Shown here in pieces: positions 1 to 8,533 of a DNA stretch of 22,190 nt (position 1 is the first letter of the stretch; every line of letters begins with the position of its first letter). The DNA is from Armatimonadota bacterium (GTDB taxonomy: Bacteria; Sysuimicrobiota; Sysuimicrobiia; Sysuimicrobiales; Humicultoraceae), in the NCBI GenBank assembly GCA_052386995.1, contig JBQTJP010000003.1:1-22190 (forward strand). The letters are read 5' to 3'. Both the position numbers and the translations under genes were made by a program. A model generated the notes under the pieces. It was not told where the DNA came from, did no database searches, and saw only the letters and a list, made by a program, of their open reading frames with translations.

Positions 1-779
1 CTGTAACGATCTTCGCTGCGCTTGGCCGTGGCTCTTTGAATGATGCCCTCCAGCCGGCGCGGCACCGACGGCTCGATCTCGCGCGCCCGCGGCAGGATGT
101 CGTGGAGATGCTTGAGCGCAATGGCGATGGGACTCTCGCCTTCAAAGGGAAGCCGTCCGGTGAGCATCTCGAACAGCACGACGCCCAGCGCATACACATC
201 CGACGCCCGGCCCACGCCCGCGCCACGCGCCTGTTCCGGAGACATGTACTGCACCGAGCCCAGCACCGTGCCGGTCTGGGTGATCGTGACCGCGGCCATC
301 GCCCGCGCGATCCCGAAGTCGGCGACCTTCACGGTCCCGTCAGAGGCCAGCAGAATGTTCTGGGGCTTGATGTCACGATGGACGATGCCCTGATGATGCG
401 CATAGTCAAGCGCCTCGCAGATCGCGCGCGCGATCCGCTCCGCATCGACGGCCTCCAGCCGGCCGATCCGCCGCAGGTGCACTTTGAGATCGATGCCGTC
501 CACGTATTCCATGGCGATAAAGTACGTCTGGCCGTCGCGGCCGGTCTCCAGCACACGGACGACATTGGGATGCGACAGGGTCTCGGCGGCCTGGGCTTCG
601 CGCGCGAAGCGTTCGAGAAACTCGCGGTCGGCGGTGTACTGGTCGCGCAGGATTTTCAGGGCGACGATCGCGCCATCGCTCAGCTGGCGGGCGCGGTACA
701 CCGTGGACATGCCACCTTCGGCGATCAACTCGAGGACTTCGTAGCGTCCCGTGATCACGGTGCCCGCCGCGAGCCTCAT
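1..779 (-). CDS. pknB: Hanks-type Ser/Thr protein kinase (PknB/PrkC family), N-terminal kinase domain; runs off the left edge
   Basis: Not in the ORF track because it has no stop in the window. Manual translation from ATG 779: MRLAAGTVITGRYEVLELIAEGGMSTVYRA...VALKIL...HRDIKPQN...DFGIA...YMSPEQ...SDVYALG. SD-like AGGGGTGG upstream. Position after rlmN matches prkC synteny. Confidence 0.93.
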   Translation of the reverse strand, partial: MRLAAGTVITGRYEVLELIAEGGMSTVYRARQLSDGAIVALKILRDQYTADREFLERFAREAQAAETLSHPNVVRVLETGRDGQTYFIAMEYVDGIDLKVHLRRIGRLEAVDAERIARAICEALDYAHHQGIVHRDIKPQNILLASDGTVKVADFGIARAMAAVTITQTGTVLGSVQYMSPEQARGAGVGRASDVYALGVVLFEMLTGRLPFEGESPIAIALKHLHDILPRAREIEPSVPRRLEGIIQRATAKRSEDRY

Positions 780-817
780 GCGTCCACCCCTGCGCGCCTT
801 CGCCGCGTGGGAATCAT
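776..817 (-). CDS. Putative 13-aa mini-ORF MIPTRRRRAGVDA bridging rlmN and pknB
   Basis: ATG (815-817) overlaps the rlmN TGA and its own TGA (776-778) overlaps the pknB ATG (ATGA at both ends). No evidence of translation. Confidence 0.35.
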   Translation of the reverse strand: MIPTRRRRAGVDA

Positions 818-1872
818 GCGCGCGCCTCGGCCGCGTGCGTCCGGCGCAGCTGCCCGCAGGCCGCGTCGATATCCACCCCGCGCTCAATGCGGACCGTCAC
901 CGGCGCGCCGCCGGCCCGCACGAGCCCGGCGAACCGGCGCACGGCGTCGACCGCCGGCCGCCGGTAGGCCAGCCCGTACACCGGATTCCACGGGATCACG
1001 TTCAGGTGCGCGCCCCCGCCGGCCAGCAGCGGCCCCAGCGCGCGCGCATGCTCGTCTCGATCGTTGACGCCGGCCATCAGGACGTACTCGAAGGTCACCC
1101 GCCGCCCGGTCGCCGCGGCGTACTCGCGGGCGGCCGCCATCAGCTCGGCGAGGGGCCACCGGGCGTTGATGGGTACCAGGCTCGTGCGCAGCTCGTCGGT
1201 CGGCGCGTGGAGCGAGATGGCTAGGGTCAACTGCAGTCGTTCCGTGGCCAGCCGCCGGATCTGCGGCACCAGACCCACGGTAGAAATCGTCAGGTGCCGC
1301 ATGCCGATCCTTGGTCCATACGATGCGTTCAGCAGACGGACGGCGCGCAACGTTGCCGTGTAGTTGGCCAGGGGCTCGCCCATCCCCATGAACACGACGT
1401 GCGTGGTGCGCTCGCCGGTCTCGCGGGACGCGAGGAGCACTTGCTCGACGATTTCGCCGGCCGTGAGATTACGCTCGAGACCTGCCAGGCCGGTCGCGCA
1501 AAACGTGCAGGCCATGCCGCATCCGACCTGCGTCGACACGCAGACGGTGCGCCGGCCGTCGTCGTACCGCATCATGACAGTCTCCATGGTCAGCCCGTCG
1601 GCCAAATCGAGAAGAAACTTCGTCGCGGCTCCATCGGTGGCATCCGAGCGTGCGAGCACCCGAAGGCGCGACAGCGTCGTCTGGACGGCCAGGCGCGCAC
1701 GCAGGTCTTCCGGCAGATCGGTCATCTCGTCGAGCGACGCGGCGCGACGACGGTAAATCCAGCGGGCGATCTGGCCACCGCGATAGCGCGGTTCGCCGGC
1801 GCTGGTGACCAGCGCCTCGAGCTCCTCGAGGGTGAGACCGACCAGTTCTGTCGCCATCGTCGCTGCGGGCAT
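814..1872 (-). CDS. rlmN: Dual-specificity 23S rRNA/tRNA m2A methyltransferase RlmN (radical SAM)
   Basis: CGMACTFC (CxxxCxxC), MGMGEP, ISLHA and C-terminal AACGQL. The start could alternatively be ATG 1857. Confidence 0.95.
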   Translation of the reverse strand: MPAATMATELVGLTLEELEALVTSAGEPRYRGGQIARWIYRRRAASLDEMTDLPEDLRARLAVQTTLSRLRVLARSDATDGAATKFLLDLADGLTMETVMMRYDDGRRTVCVSTQVGCGMACTFCATGLAGLERNLTAGEIVEQVLLASRETGERTTHVVFMGMGEPLANYTATLRAVRLLNASYGPRIGMRHLTISTVGLVPQIRRLATERLQLTLAISLHAPTDELRTSLVPINARWPLAELMAAAREYAAATGRRVTFEYVLMAGVNDRDEHARALGPLLAGGGAHLNVIPWNPVYGLAYRRPAVDAVRRFAGLVRAGGAPVTVRIERGVDIDAACGQLRRTHAAEARA

Positions 1873-1913
1873 CAGCCTGCCCCGTTCTGCCGCCGCCGGC
1901 GGAGATCGTCCTG

Positions 1914-1919
1914 ATTATA
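1914..1919 (-). promoter_or_regulatory. Putative sigma70 -10 element (TATAAT) for rlmN-pknB
   Basis: Perfect TATAAT in the GC-rich rsmB-rlmN gap. No good -35. Confidence 0.5.
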
Positions 1920-1940
1920 GCGTCCCCGGCGCGGCCGCGG

Positions 1941-3305
1941 TCAGCGGCGCCGCAGTCGCGCGATGTAGAACCCGTCGGTATTGTGGCGGTGGGGCAGGAG
2001 GAAGACCTCGCCCCGGGCGTGAGCCTCGACCGGGCTGCCCGCCACCTCTCGTGGAAACGTCTCTGGCAGCGGAGCCGGTTCGAACGTGTGATGACCGTCA
2101 AGGAACGCGCGGACGACCTCCGGGCCTTCCTCGGGCTCGAGGCTGCACACGCTGTACACCAGCACGCCTCCGGGGCGCACGGCGCCGGCGGCTCCGGCAA
2201 TGATCGACTGTTGCGCTTCGCCATGCCGGCAGAGCGCGTCTTCGGTGACTCGCCACTTGATCTCGGGCCGGCGGCGGATTGTCCCCAGCCCCGAGCAGGG
2301 AGCGTCGACCAGAACGGCGTCGGCGCTCTCCGGGAAGCCGCGGCCGAGCTCACGTGCATCGAGCTGCCTGATCTCCACGCACGTGGCACCCATCGCGGCG
2401 CACCTCTGCGCGAGAGCGTCCACCTTGCGCTGATGGACGTCGAAGGCGAGCACCTGTCCTTCGTTGCGCAGCAGCGCCGCAAGATGCGTGGTCTTTCCGC
2501 CGGGTGCCGCGCAGGCATCGATCACCACCTGGCCGGCACTGGGCGCGACCGCGTGCGACACGAGCATGGCGCCTTCATCCTGAATCGCGAAACGGCCCTG
2601 CTCGAGGAGCGGCAATCGGGCGACGAGCGATCCGTGCACGCGGACCGCTTCCGTCACGATCCCCGGTTCGGCGGACACCCCGCGCGCGCGGAATTCCTCA
2701 ATAAGGTCGGTTGGCGTGACGAGAAGGGTGTTTGCGCGCACCGATGACGGCGCGGGGCGCGTGTTCGCGGCTGCCAGCGCCGTAGCCTCCTCTTCCCCGA
2801 AGCGCGCGGCCCATCGGGCGACCAGCCACGGTGGGTGAGAATGCGCTATGGCGGCGTAGGCGACAGGATCGACCGCGGGGTCGGGCAGCGGAGGCGGGCC
2901 CTCGGCCGCCAGCCGCCGCAGCACCGCGTTGACCAGGGCCGCCGTCCCGGCATGGCCGTGCGCTTTGGCGAGTGCCGTCGCTTCAGAAACCGCGGCGGCG
3001 GGTGGAATCCGGTCGAGCATGAGCAGTTGATAGGCGCCGATCCGGAGGATCGTGCGGATTGCCGCGGGAAGCGCGGCCAGCGGCCGGCCCAACAGCGGCG
3101 TCAGCGCGTGATCCACCCGGCCGCGTTGCCGGAGCACGCCCAGCGTGATCTCGGTCGCCAGCGCGCGGTCGGCAGAGGACAGCGCCGATCGTCTCAGCGT
3201 GTGGTAGAGCAGAGGTGAGACGAACGCGTCGGCCGCCTCCGCCCGATGCAGAACGGCGAAGGCGGCCTCGCGGGCAGGCGACGGTGTTGTCGACCTAGTC
3301 GTCAG
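1941..3305 (-). CDS. rsmB: 16S rRNA m5C967 methyltransferase RsmB/Sun (start uncertain, probably non-canonical)
   Basis: DACAAPGGKT, DAPCSG and YSVCS motifs. The NusB-like N-terminus (SPAREAAFAVL...SSADRALATEITLGVLR) continues in frame upstream of the track's GTG 3137. The CTG at 3303-3305 is my inferred start. Confidence 0.92.
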   Translation of the reverse strand: MTTRSTTPSPAREAAFAVLHRAEAADAFVSPLLYHTLRRSALSSADRALATEITLGVLRQRGRVDHALTPLLGRPLAALPAAIRTILRIGAYQLLMLDRIPPAAAVSEATALAKAHGHAGTAALVNAVLRRLAAEGPPPLPDPAVDPVAYAAIAHSHPPWLVARWAARFGEEEATALAAANTRPAPSSVRANTLLVTPTDLIEEFRARGVSAEPGIVTEAVRVHGSLVARLPLLEQGRFAIQDEGAMLVSHAVAPSAGQVVIDACAAPGGKTTHLAALLRNEGQVLAFDVHQRKVDALAQRCAAMGATCVEIRQLDARELGRGFPESADAVLVDAPCSGLGTIRRRPEIKWRVTEDALCRHGEAQQSIIAGAAGAVRPGGVLVYSVCSLEPEEGPEVVRAFLDGHHTFEPAPLPETFPREVAGSPVEAHARGEVFLLPHRHNTDGFYIARLRRR

Positions 3306-3975
3306 ACGAGCTGCGGAGCACCAGCAGGCGCACGAGCTGCAGGACGGCCATCGTCGCTGCGGCCACGTAGGTCAGCGCGGCGGCGTTGAGCACGGCGCGG
3401 ATGCCGCTGGCCTCGTTTGGCATCACCAGCCCTTCGCCCTGGAGCACGGTCACCGCACGGCGGCTGGCATCAAACTCCACCGGAAGGGTAATGAGCGAGA
3501 AGGCGATGTAGCCGGAGAACAGCAGGATCCCCAGGTCCATCAAAATCGGGGTGCGAAGAAACAGGCCGAGCATGAAGAGAATCCAGGCCGCATTGGTGCC
3601 GATGGCCGCGGCCGGCACGATCGCCGAGCGCAGCGCCAGTGGGGCGTAGCGCTCATGATGCTGGATCGCATGGCCGCACTCGTGAGCCGCCACGCCGATG
3701 GCCGCTATGGAATCGCTGCCATACACCTCGGGTGACAGTCTCAGCGTCCTCGTGCGAGGATCGTAGTGGTCGCTGAGCATGCCCTCGACCGGCTCGATCT
3801 TCACGCCCGGGACGTTGCGGCGCCGGAGTAATTCCGCCGCCACGTCGGCGCCGGTCCGGCCGGCCGCCGTGCGGACCTTGCTGTATTTCCCGAACGTGCT
3901 GCGCACCTTAAGTTGCGCGAAGAGCGCGAGCGCAATCCCGGGCAGCAGGTACACAAACGTGCTGTCAAAGAACAT
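3295..3975 (-). CDS. Putative neutral zinc metallopeptidase, membrane-associated (YugP-like)
   Basis: LSDHYDP, AAHECGHAIQH (HExxH), TLPVEFDAS and AALTYVA motifs; hydrophobic segments; SD GAGGTGGGAG. Confidence 0.9.
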   Translation of the reverse strand: MFFDSTFVYLLPGIALALFAQLKVRSTFGKYSKVRTAAGRTGADVAAELLRRRNVPGVKIEPVEGMLSDHYDPRTRTLRLSPEVYGSDSIAAIGVAAHECGHAIQHHERYAPLALRSAIVPAAAIGTNAAWILFMLGLFLRTPILMDLGILLFSGYIAFSLITLPVEFDASRRAVTVLQGEGLVMPNEASGIRAVLNAAALTYVAAATMAVLQLVRLLVLRSSSDD

Positions 3976-3993
3976 GATCTCCCACCTCGACCC

Positions 3994-4995
3994 CTATTCT
4001 ACCACTCCCGACGCGGGAGCCGCAGCGGCGGTTCCGTCGTCGAGGTGTTCTCCAGGGCGCAGGAGGTGTCCACGGAGAAACGCGCCGGCGGGCATCCGCC
4101 GGCCGCCTTCCAGCTGGACTTCGACCAGGACGACGGCGCCGTCGCCGGCTGCGACGGTGATGCCCTGATCACCGGCCTCCAGCACCTCGCCCGGAGGGCC
4201 TGATCCCTCCCCGACCCGCGCGCGCCAGACTTTCAGCACTCTGCCGCGCCAGCCGGCGTATGCGGACGGCCACGGGTTCATCGCCCGGATCAGGTTGACC
4301 AGCTCTCGCGCGGACCGCGACCACACGAGCGCCCCATCGGCTTTCGTCAAACGCCCGACGTAGGTCGCCTTCGCGTGGTCTTGCGGTCGTCGTGGCGCGT
4401 CGCCCAGGGCGATCAGCCGCACCGCGTCCACGAGAAGGGCGGTGCCCTCGGCGGCGAGTCTGGCCTCAAGCTCTCCGGCAGTTTCCTCGGGCGCGATCGA
4501 GACTTCCCGCTGGAGCACGATATCGCCGGCGTCCAGTTCCTCGGTCATGTACGCGATCGTCACGCCCGTCGTTGTGGCGCCGTCGGCGATGGCGGCCCGG
4601 ATTGGCGAGGCCCCGCGATAGAGCGGCAGCAGGGACGGATGGAGGTTGACGGCGCCAAGCGGCGGCAGGTCGAGCAGCGCCCGGGGCACGATGCGGCCGT
4701 ACGCGACCGTGACGAGAAGGTCGGGCCGAAGGGGAGACAGCTCTTCCAGCACCGAGGCCGTCCGGAGGCGCTCGGGCTGGAGCAGGCGCAGTCCCAACTC
4801 GCGCGCGGCGGTCGCGGCGGGCGGAGATACCAGCGGCCGGCCACGTCCGGCGGGCCGGTCGGGCTGTGTGACGACGGCGACCACGGTGGTAGCTCGCGCG
4901 AGCGCGTGCAGCGACGGCAGCGCGAACGCCGGCGTGCCCAAGAACAGCACCCGCGGCCCGGCGGGGGGTACCCGCGAAGCCGGCCCGGAGGTCAT
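3994..4995 (-). CDS. fmt: Methionyl-tRNA formyltransferase
   Basis: FLGTPAFA, VVTQPDRPAGRG, HPSLLPLYRGASPI and LDAGD motifs. ATGA overlap with def. Confidence 0.96.
   Translation of the reverse strand: MTSGPASRVPPAGPRVLFLGTPAFALPSLHALARATTVVAVVTQPDRPAGRGRPLVSPPAATAARELGLRLLQPERLRTASVLEELSPLRPDLLVTVAYGRIVPRALLDLPPLGAVNLHPSLLPLYRGASPIRAAIADGATTTGVTIAYMTEELDAGDIVLQREVSIAPEETAGELEARLAAEGTALLVDAVRLIALGDAPRRPQDHAKATYVGRLTKADGALVWSRSARELVNLIRAMNPWPSAYAGWRGRVLKVWRARVGEGSGPPGEVLEAGDQGITVAAGDGAVVLVEVQLEGGRRMPAGAFLRGHLLRPGEHLDDGTAAAAPASGVVE
3996..4004 (-). promoter_or_regulatory. Possible extended -10 promoter (TGgTAGAAT) for the peptidase-rsmB unit
   Basis: TGn-TAGAAT in the last codons of fmt, about 20 nt upstream of the peptidase ATG. 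Confidence 0.35.
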
Positions 4996-5501
4996 TCCGC
5001 GGCCGGACCGACCTCCGAGGCGTCCGTCACGTCGCGGATGGTGCTGTGGTCGCGCACCCGATCGAGGAAGAGGATGCCGTCCAGGTGATCGAGCTCATGC
5101 TGCAGGACGCGCGCAAGAAAGCCATTGGCCACAATCGTGACGCGGCGTCCGCGCCGGTTTTTTCCGCGCATCGTGATCGCGGTGGCGCGGGGCACGTCAC
5201 CGAGGATGCCGGGGATCGACAGACAGGCTTCTGTCGCCGTCTCCTCCCCCTCCACCTCCAACACCTCGGGATCGACCAGGACGACAGTGCGATCCTCGAC
5301 CTCGGCGACCATCACGCGCACGCTCTCGCCGACCTGGGGCGCGGCCAGGCCGATGCCGCGGGCAGCCCGCATTGTCTCGAGCATGGATTCGATCAGGTTT
5401 TGGATATCGCGCGTGACTTTGCCGGCCGGCTTGGCCCGGCGTCGCAGCACGGCCGCTTTGGGACTCTCGACGGTGATGATCTCGAGGGGTACGGTCCGCA
5501 T
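4992..5501 (-). CDS. def: Peptide deformylase
   Basis: GIGLAAPQVG, EACLS (EGCLS variant) and QHELDHLDG motifs. Confidence 0.96.
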   Translation of the reverse strand: MRTVPLEIITVESPKAAVLRRRAKPAGKVTRDIQNLIESMLETMRAARGIGLAAPQVGESVRVMVAEVEDRTVVLVDPEVLEVEGEETATEACLSIPGILGDVPRATAITMRGKNRRGRRVTIVANGFLARVLQHELDHLDGILFLDRVRDHSTIRDVTDASEVGPAAE

Positions 5502-5510
5502 CGCTCAAGC

Positions 5511-5538
5511 AACGTCCGCGTGACATTCGATTTCCTGC
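5511..5538 (-). promoter_or_regulatory. Candidate alternative-sigma promoter (GCAGGAA-N17-CGTT) positioned for a leaderless def mRNA
   Basis: GCAGGAA ends exactly 30 nt before the def ATG. There is no SD. The same motif sits at the same offset upstream of yicC. Confidence 0.35.
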
Positions 5539-5562
5539 TTATCGGCCCCTCCTGGGGCAGTG

Positions 5563-7668
5563 CTAGAGGTCGTGCGGATCCACATCGGCGCTGAGCCGCA
5601 CGCCACGGAGGATCCCACCGCCGGTCAACAACGGCGCGACGAGCGCTCGCGCCGCCGCGCGATCGGCGGCCTTGATGACGATCATCTGGCGCGGTGGGGC
5701 GCCCGGCTGCGGCGTCGGTCCGAGCACGTCTGTGGCCGGCGGTGCATCCTCGCGAAGCCGGGCCGCGACGGCATCCGCAGCGGACGAGGAGGCCCCCGTG
5801 GATCGGCCGGAGATGGTGAGGGCGATCAGTGATCGCGCCGGCGGATAGCCGAGAGCCGCCCGCTGCGCGAGCTCCTCCGCGTAGAACGGCCGCAGACTGG
5901 GCGCCGTGGCTGCGCGAATCGCCATGTGCTCGGGATCCGCGGTTTCGACCAGCACCATCGAGCCCGACGCGATGCCCACCGCGCGCAGGAACGCCAGCGC
6001 GCGCTCGGCGGCGCGGAACTCGGGCCGGTGAAGCAGCCGGTCGGCCGCGATGACGGCGACAAGATCGGGGCGCAGCGACTCGATCCAGGGCAGCACCACC
6101 GGTGTCGCAACCAGCACCCCGCCACGGGCGTGAAAGCCGCCCACCACCTGTGAGATGGCGTCGCCTTCGGACAGCGCGTCGCGGTCGAGCCGCCACACCG
6201 ACGACGTGATGCGGCGGGCGGCGGCGGCGATCCGCTCCGTACCGGCGCCCAGCAGCGTCAGCGAGCGGCCACCGCATCGGGGACAGACCGCCGGTGCGGT
6301 CTGCGTACGGCCGCAGAAGCGGCAGTGCAGGCGCCGGCCCGCGCGCTCGTAGCTCATGGCCACACCGCAGCTCGGGCACCGTTCGACGGCGCCGCACTCG
6401 CGGCAGTGTAGGCCGCCCGCGTAGCCCTTGCGGTCGGACAGGAGCAGGACCCGCCCGCCGCCTCGGACGGTGCGGCGCACGGCGTCGAGCACAGGATGAC
6501 TGACCGGAGCGTCGGGGGCGGCGCGGCGGCGTAGATCGATGATCCCGATGCGGGGGCGCGGCCCGGGCAGCGCGAGCAGCCGCGTGCTGCCATCCCGCAC
6601 CCCCGCGTATGTGGCAACGGTCGGCGTGGTCGCGCCGACGATCAGGATGCCCGCGGCGCGGGTGCGTTCTGCCTCCACACCCCGCGTCAGATAGCGTGGC
6701 GCCCGCTCCTCCTTGTGGCCGCTGTGGTCTTCATCATCCACGATGGCCAGCACCGGCTCGCCGACCGGAGCGAAGATGGCCGCGCGCGTGCCGACCACCA
6801 GTTGCCCGCGTGCTCCAACCAGCGAGCGCCAGGCCGCCAGGCGATCCGCCGCCGAGAAGCCGGCGTGCAGCAGTGCCGGGCGGAGCCCGGATGCCGACGC
6901 TGCACCAGCGAAGGCCGATGCGGCCTCTATCGATGCGAACGCCGCGATGCTCGACATCCTCGCCGCCAGTGCTTGACGAATCGCTTCCATGTAGACCGCG
7001 GTCCGGTGCGGCCCGGCGATGAGCCACGTGCGAGGCCCGCCGAGGAAGGCCTGACGGATCTCGCGCTCGATACGCCTGGCCGCCGCGGCAGACAGGCTTC
7101 GGTCGCGCGGGCGCACAACTGCCGCGGGCGTCGTGCCGGCGTGACGTGACCGCCGGGATGCAGTCGCGCCGTCGAGCGCCGCCGTCAGCGTCCCGGTGTG
7201 CGCCAGGACGGTGAGCGCGTCGACGCCGATCGTCGCCACCAGGCGGCCCGCGCGGGTGAGGGTCACGGGCTTGCGGCTGATCGTCTCGAGCGCTCCGCGC
7301 GCGGCTTCAGGCAGGTTCTCAGGGAGCCGGCCCGGGACCGCGAGACGCAGGCCGCTCCATAGCGCGTCCCAGGGCACGGCAGCGGCGAGTGCTTCGCCGA
7401 TCGAGGAGAGGTACTCTCGAGCCACCCACGCCCCGAGATCCACGATGGCGGGCGGAATCACCGGCGTGTCGCCCACGACGGCAACGATCGAACGAAGATC
7501 GGACCGCGGCGTCCCCTCTCCGACGACCACTCCCGGCGCCAGGCGGCGTCCAAACGGCACGATGACACCCATCCCAACGCGGAGAGGGACCGGGCTCGCG
7601 AACGTGAAGGCCGCGTCCCCCGCGCGCAGGGGGACATCCAGCGCGACGAGGACGGGTATGGAAGACAT
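5563..7668 (-). CDS. priA: Primosomal protein N' (PriA), helicase motifs degenerate
   Basis: N-terminal 3'-DNA-binding domain (VIVPFGRR...GVVV), VVGTRAAIFAP, intact Cys-rich region CRECG/CPSC/CRFCG/CPRCG, GAGTER, C-terminal ADVDP. Located upstream of def. Confidence 0.92.
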   Translation of the reverse strand: MSSIPVLVALDVPLRAGDAAFTFASPVPLRVGMGVIVPFGRRLAPGVVVGEGTPRSDLRSIVAVVGDTPVIPPAIVDLGAWVAREYLSSIGEALAAAVPWDALWSGLRLAVPGRLPENLPEAARGALETISRKPVTLTRAGRLVATIGVDALTVLAHTGTLTAALDGATASRRSRHAGTTPAAVVRPRDRSLSAAAARRIEREIRQAFLGGPRTWLIAGPHRTAVYMEAIRQALAARMSSIAAFASIEAASAFAGAASASGLRPALLHAGFSAADRLAAWRSLVGARGQLVVGTRAAIFAPVGEPVLAIVDDEDHSGHKEERAPRYLTRGVEAERTRAAGILIVGATTPTVATYAGVRDGSTRLLALPGPRPRIGIIDLRRRAAPDAPVSHPVLDAVRRTVRGGGRVLLLSDRKGYAGGLHCRECGAVERCPSCGVAMSYERAGRRLHCRFCGRTQTAPAVCPRCGGRSLTLLGAGTERIAAAARRITSSVWRLDRDALSEGDAISQVVGGFHARGGVLVATPVVLPWIESLRPDLVAVIAADRLLHRPEFRAAERALAFLRAVGIASGSMVLVETADPEHMAIRAATAPSLRPFYAEELAQRAALGYPPARSLIALTISGRSTGASSSAADAVAARLREDAPPATDVLGPTPQPGAPPRQMIVIKAADRAAARALVAPLLTGGGILRGVRLSADVDPHDL

Positions 7669-7671
7669 GAA

Positions 7672-8226
7672 CTACCGGGCCTGCGGTTCGGGACGGAGGG
7701 TGCGGACCAGCCGCTCGATGACCTCCACGATGAGTTCGGAGTCCCAGCGGCTTGTATCGATCATGAGCTGGAACGGCCTGCGGTCGGCCATCTCGATCCC
7801 GTAGAGCGTCCGGAAGCGCAACCATTCGCTGCGCTCCCGCGCCAGCAACTCATCTCGGGCCAGGGCAGATCCCTGCTTCTCTCGGCCCGCAACGCGCGCG
7901 GCGCGGACCTCCAAGGGCGCGTCGAGCCACACCTTGAGATCGGCTTCCACCATCCACCCTGACAAACGCGACTCGACCACGCAGGGCCCCCCGCGGGCCA
8001 TCTCGGCCTGCAGCCGATCGAGGTCGCGGTCGATGGTGGGGTCCGATTCGGCCAGACGATTCAATTCGACGACCGACACCCCGCGGCGGCGCGCGAGCTC
8101 CCGGAACACGCCGCCGGCCGAGACCACTGGGATGCCGAGCCGCGCGGCCAGGTCCCTCGCAATTGTGCTCTTGCCGACGCCTATGGGCCCGCCGATGGCA
8201 ACGATCACGTTCGGCGGCTGCGGCAC
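7672..8226 (-). CDS. cmk: Cytidylate kinase, archaeal (type 2) family
   Basis: GGPIGVGKST P-loop, VSAGGVFRELA, ESRLSGW, ADLKVWLDAPLEVRAAR, R..SE..RF..LYGI. Start taken as GTG 8226 just after the remA stop (alternative GTG 8208). Confidence 0.85.
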   Translation of the reverse strand: MPQPPNVIVAIGGPIGVGKSTIARDLAARLGIPVVSAGGVFRELARRRGVSVVELNRLAESDPTIDRDLDRLQAEMARGGPCVVESRLSGWMVEADLKVWLDAPLEVRAARVAGREKQGSALARDELLARERSEWLRFRTLYGIEMADRRPFQLMIDTSRWDSELIVEVIERLVRTLRPEPQAR

Positions 8227-8227
8227 C

Positions 8228-8533
8228 CTACCGTTTCTTCTCCGTCTCGGCCGCTTCTTCTTCGCCCTCGCGAGCGGTGAAGCGATGCGCGACGGTCTCG
8301 GGCTGCACCGCCGACAGCACCACATGCCCGCTGTCGGTGATCACCACGGCCCGCGTCCGGCGGCCGTAGGTCGCATCGATCAGCGTGCCCCGCTCCCGTG
8401 CCTCCTGGATGATGCGCTTGACGGGCGCCGAGTCCGGACTGATGATCGCGACGATGCGGTTGGCCGCGAGGATGTTGCCGAAGCCGATGTTGATCAGACG
8501 CGGCTCTGCGCCGGGCCCCGGTCCGTTATTCAA
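8228..8533 (-). CDS. remA: Extracellular matrix/biofilm regulator RemA family (DUF370)
   Basis: LINIGFGN...[15 protein letters not shown]...[34 protein letters not shown] start overlaps the yicC stop. Confidence 0.93.
   Translation of the reverse strand: MNNGPGPGAEPRLINIGFGNILAANRIVAIISPDSAPVKRIIQEARERGTLIDATYGRRTRAVVITDSGHVVLSAVQPETVAHRFTAREGEEEAAETEKKR

Noticed and set aside
36..1067. 343-aa plus-strand ORF
   Set aside because: Antisense shadow of pknB/rlmN, typical of high-GC DNA. No motifs.
5502..5562. GGA motifs in small hairpin loops (CsrA-like sites) and an unused AGGAGG before def
   Set aside because: Stems are only 3-5 bp and GGA is frequent. There is no in-frame start after the AGGAGG.
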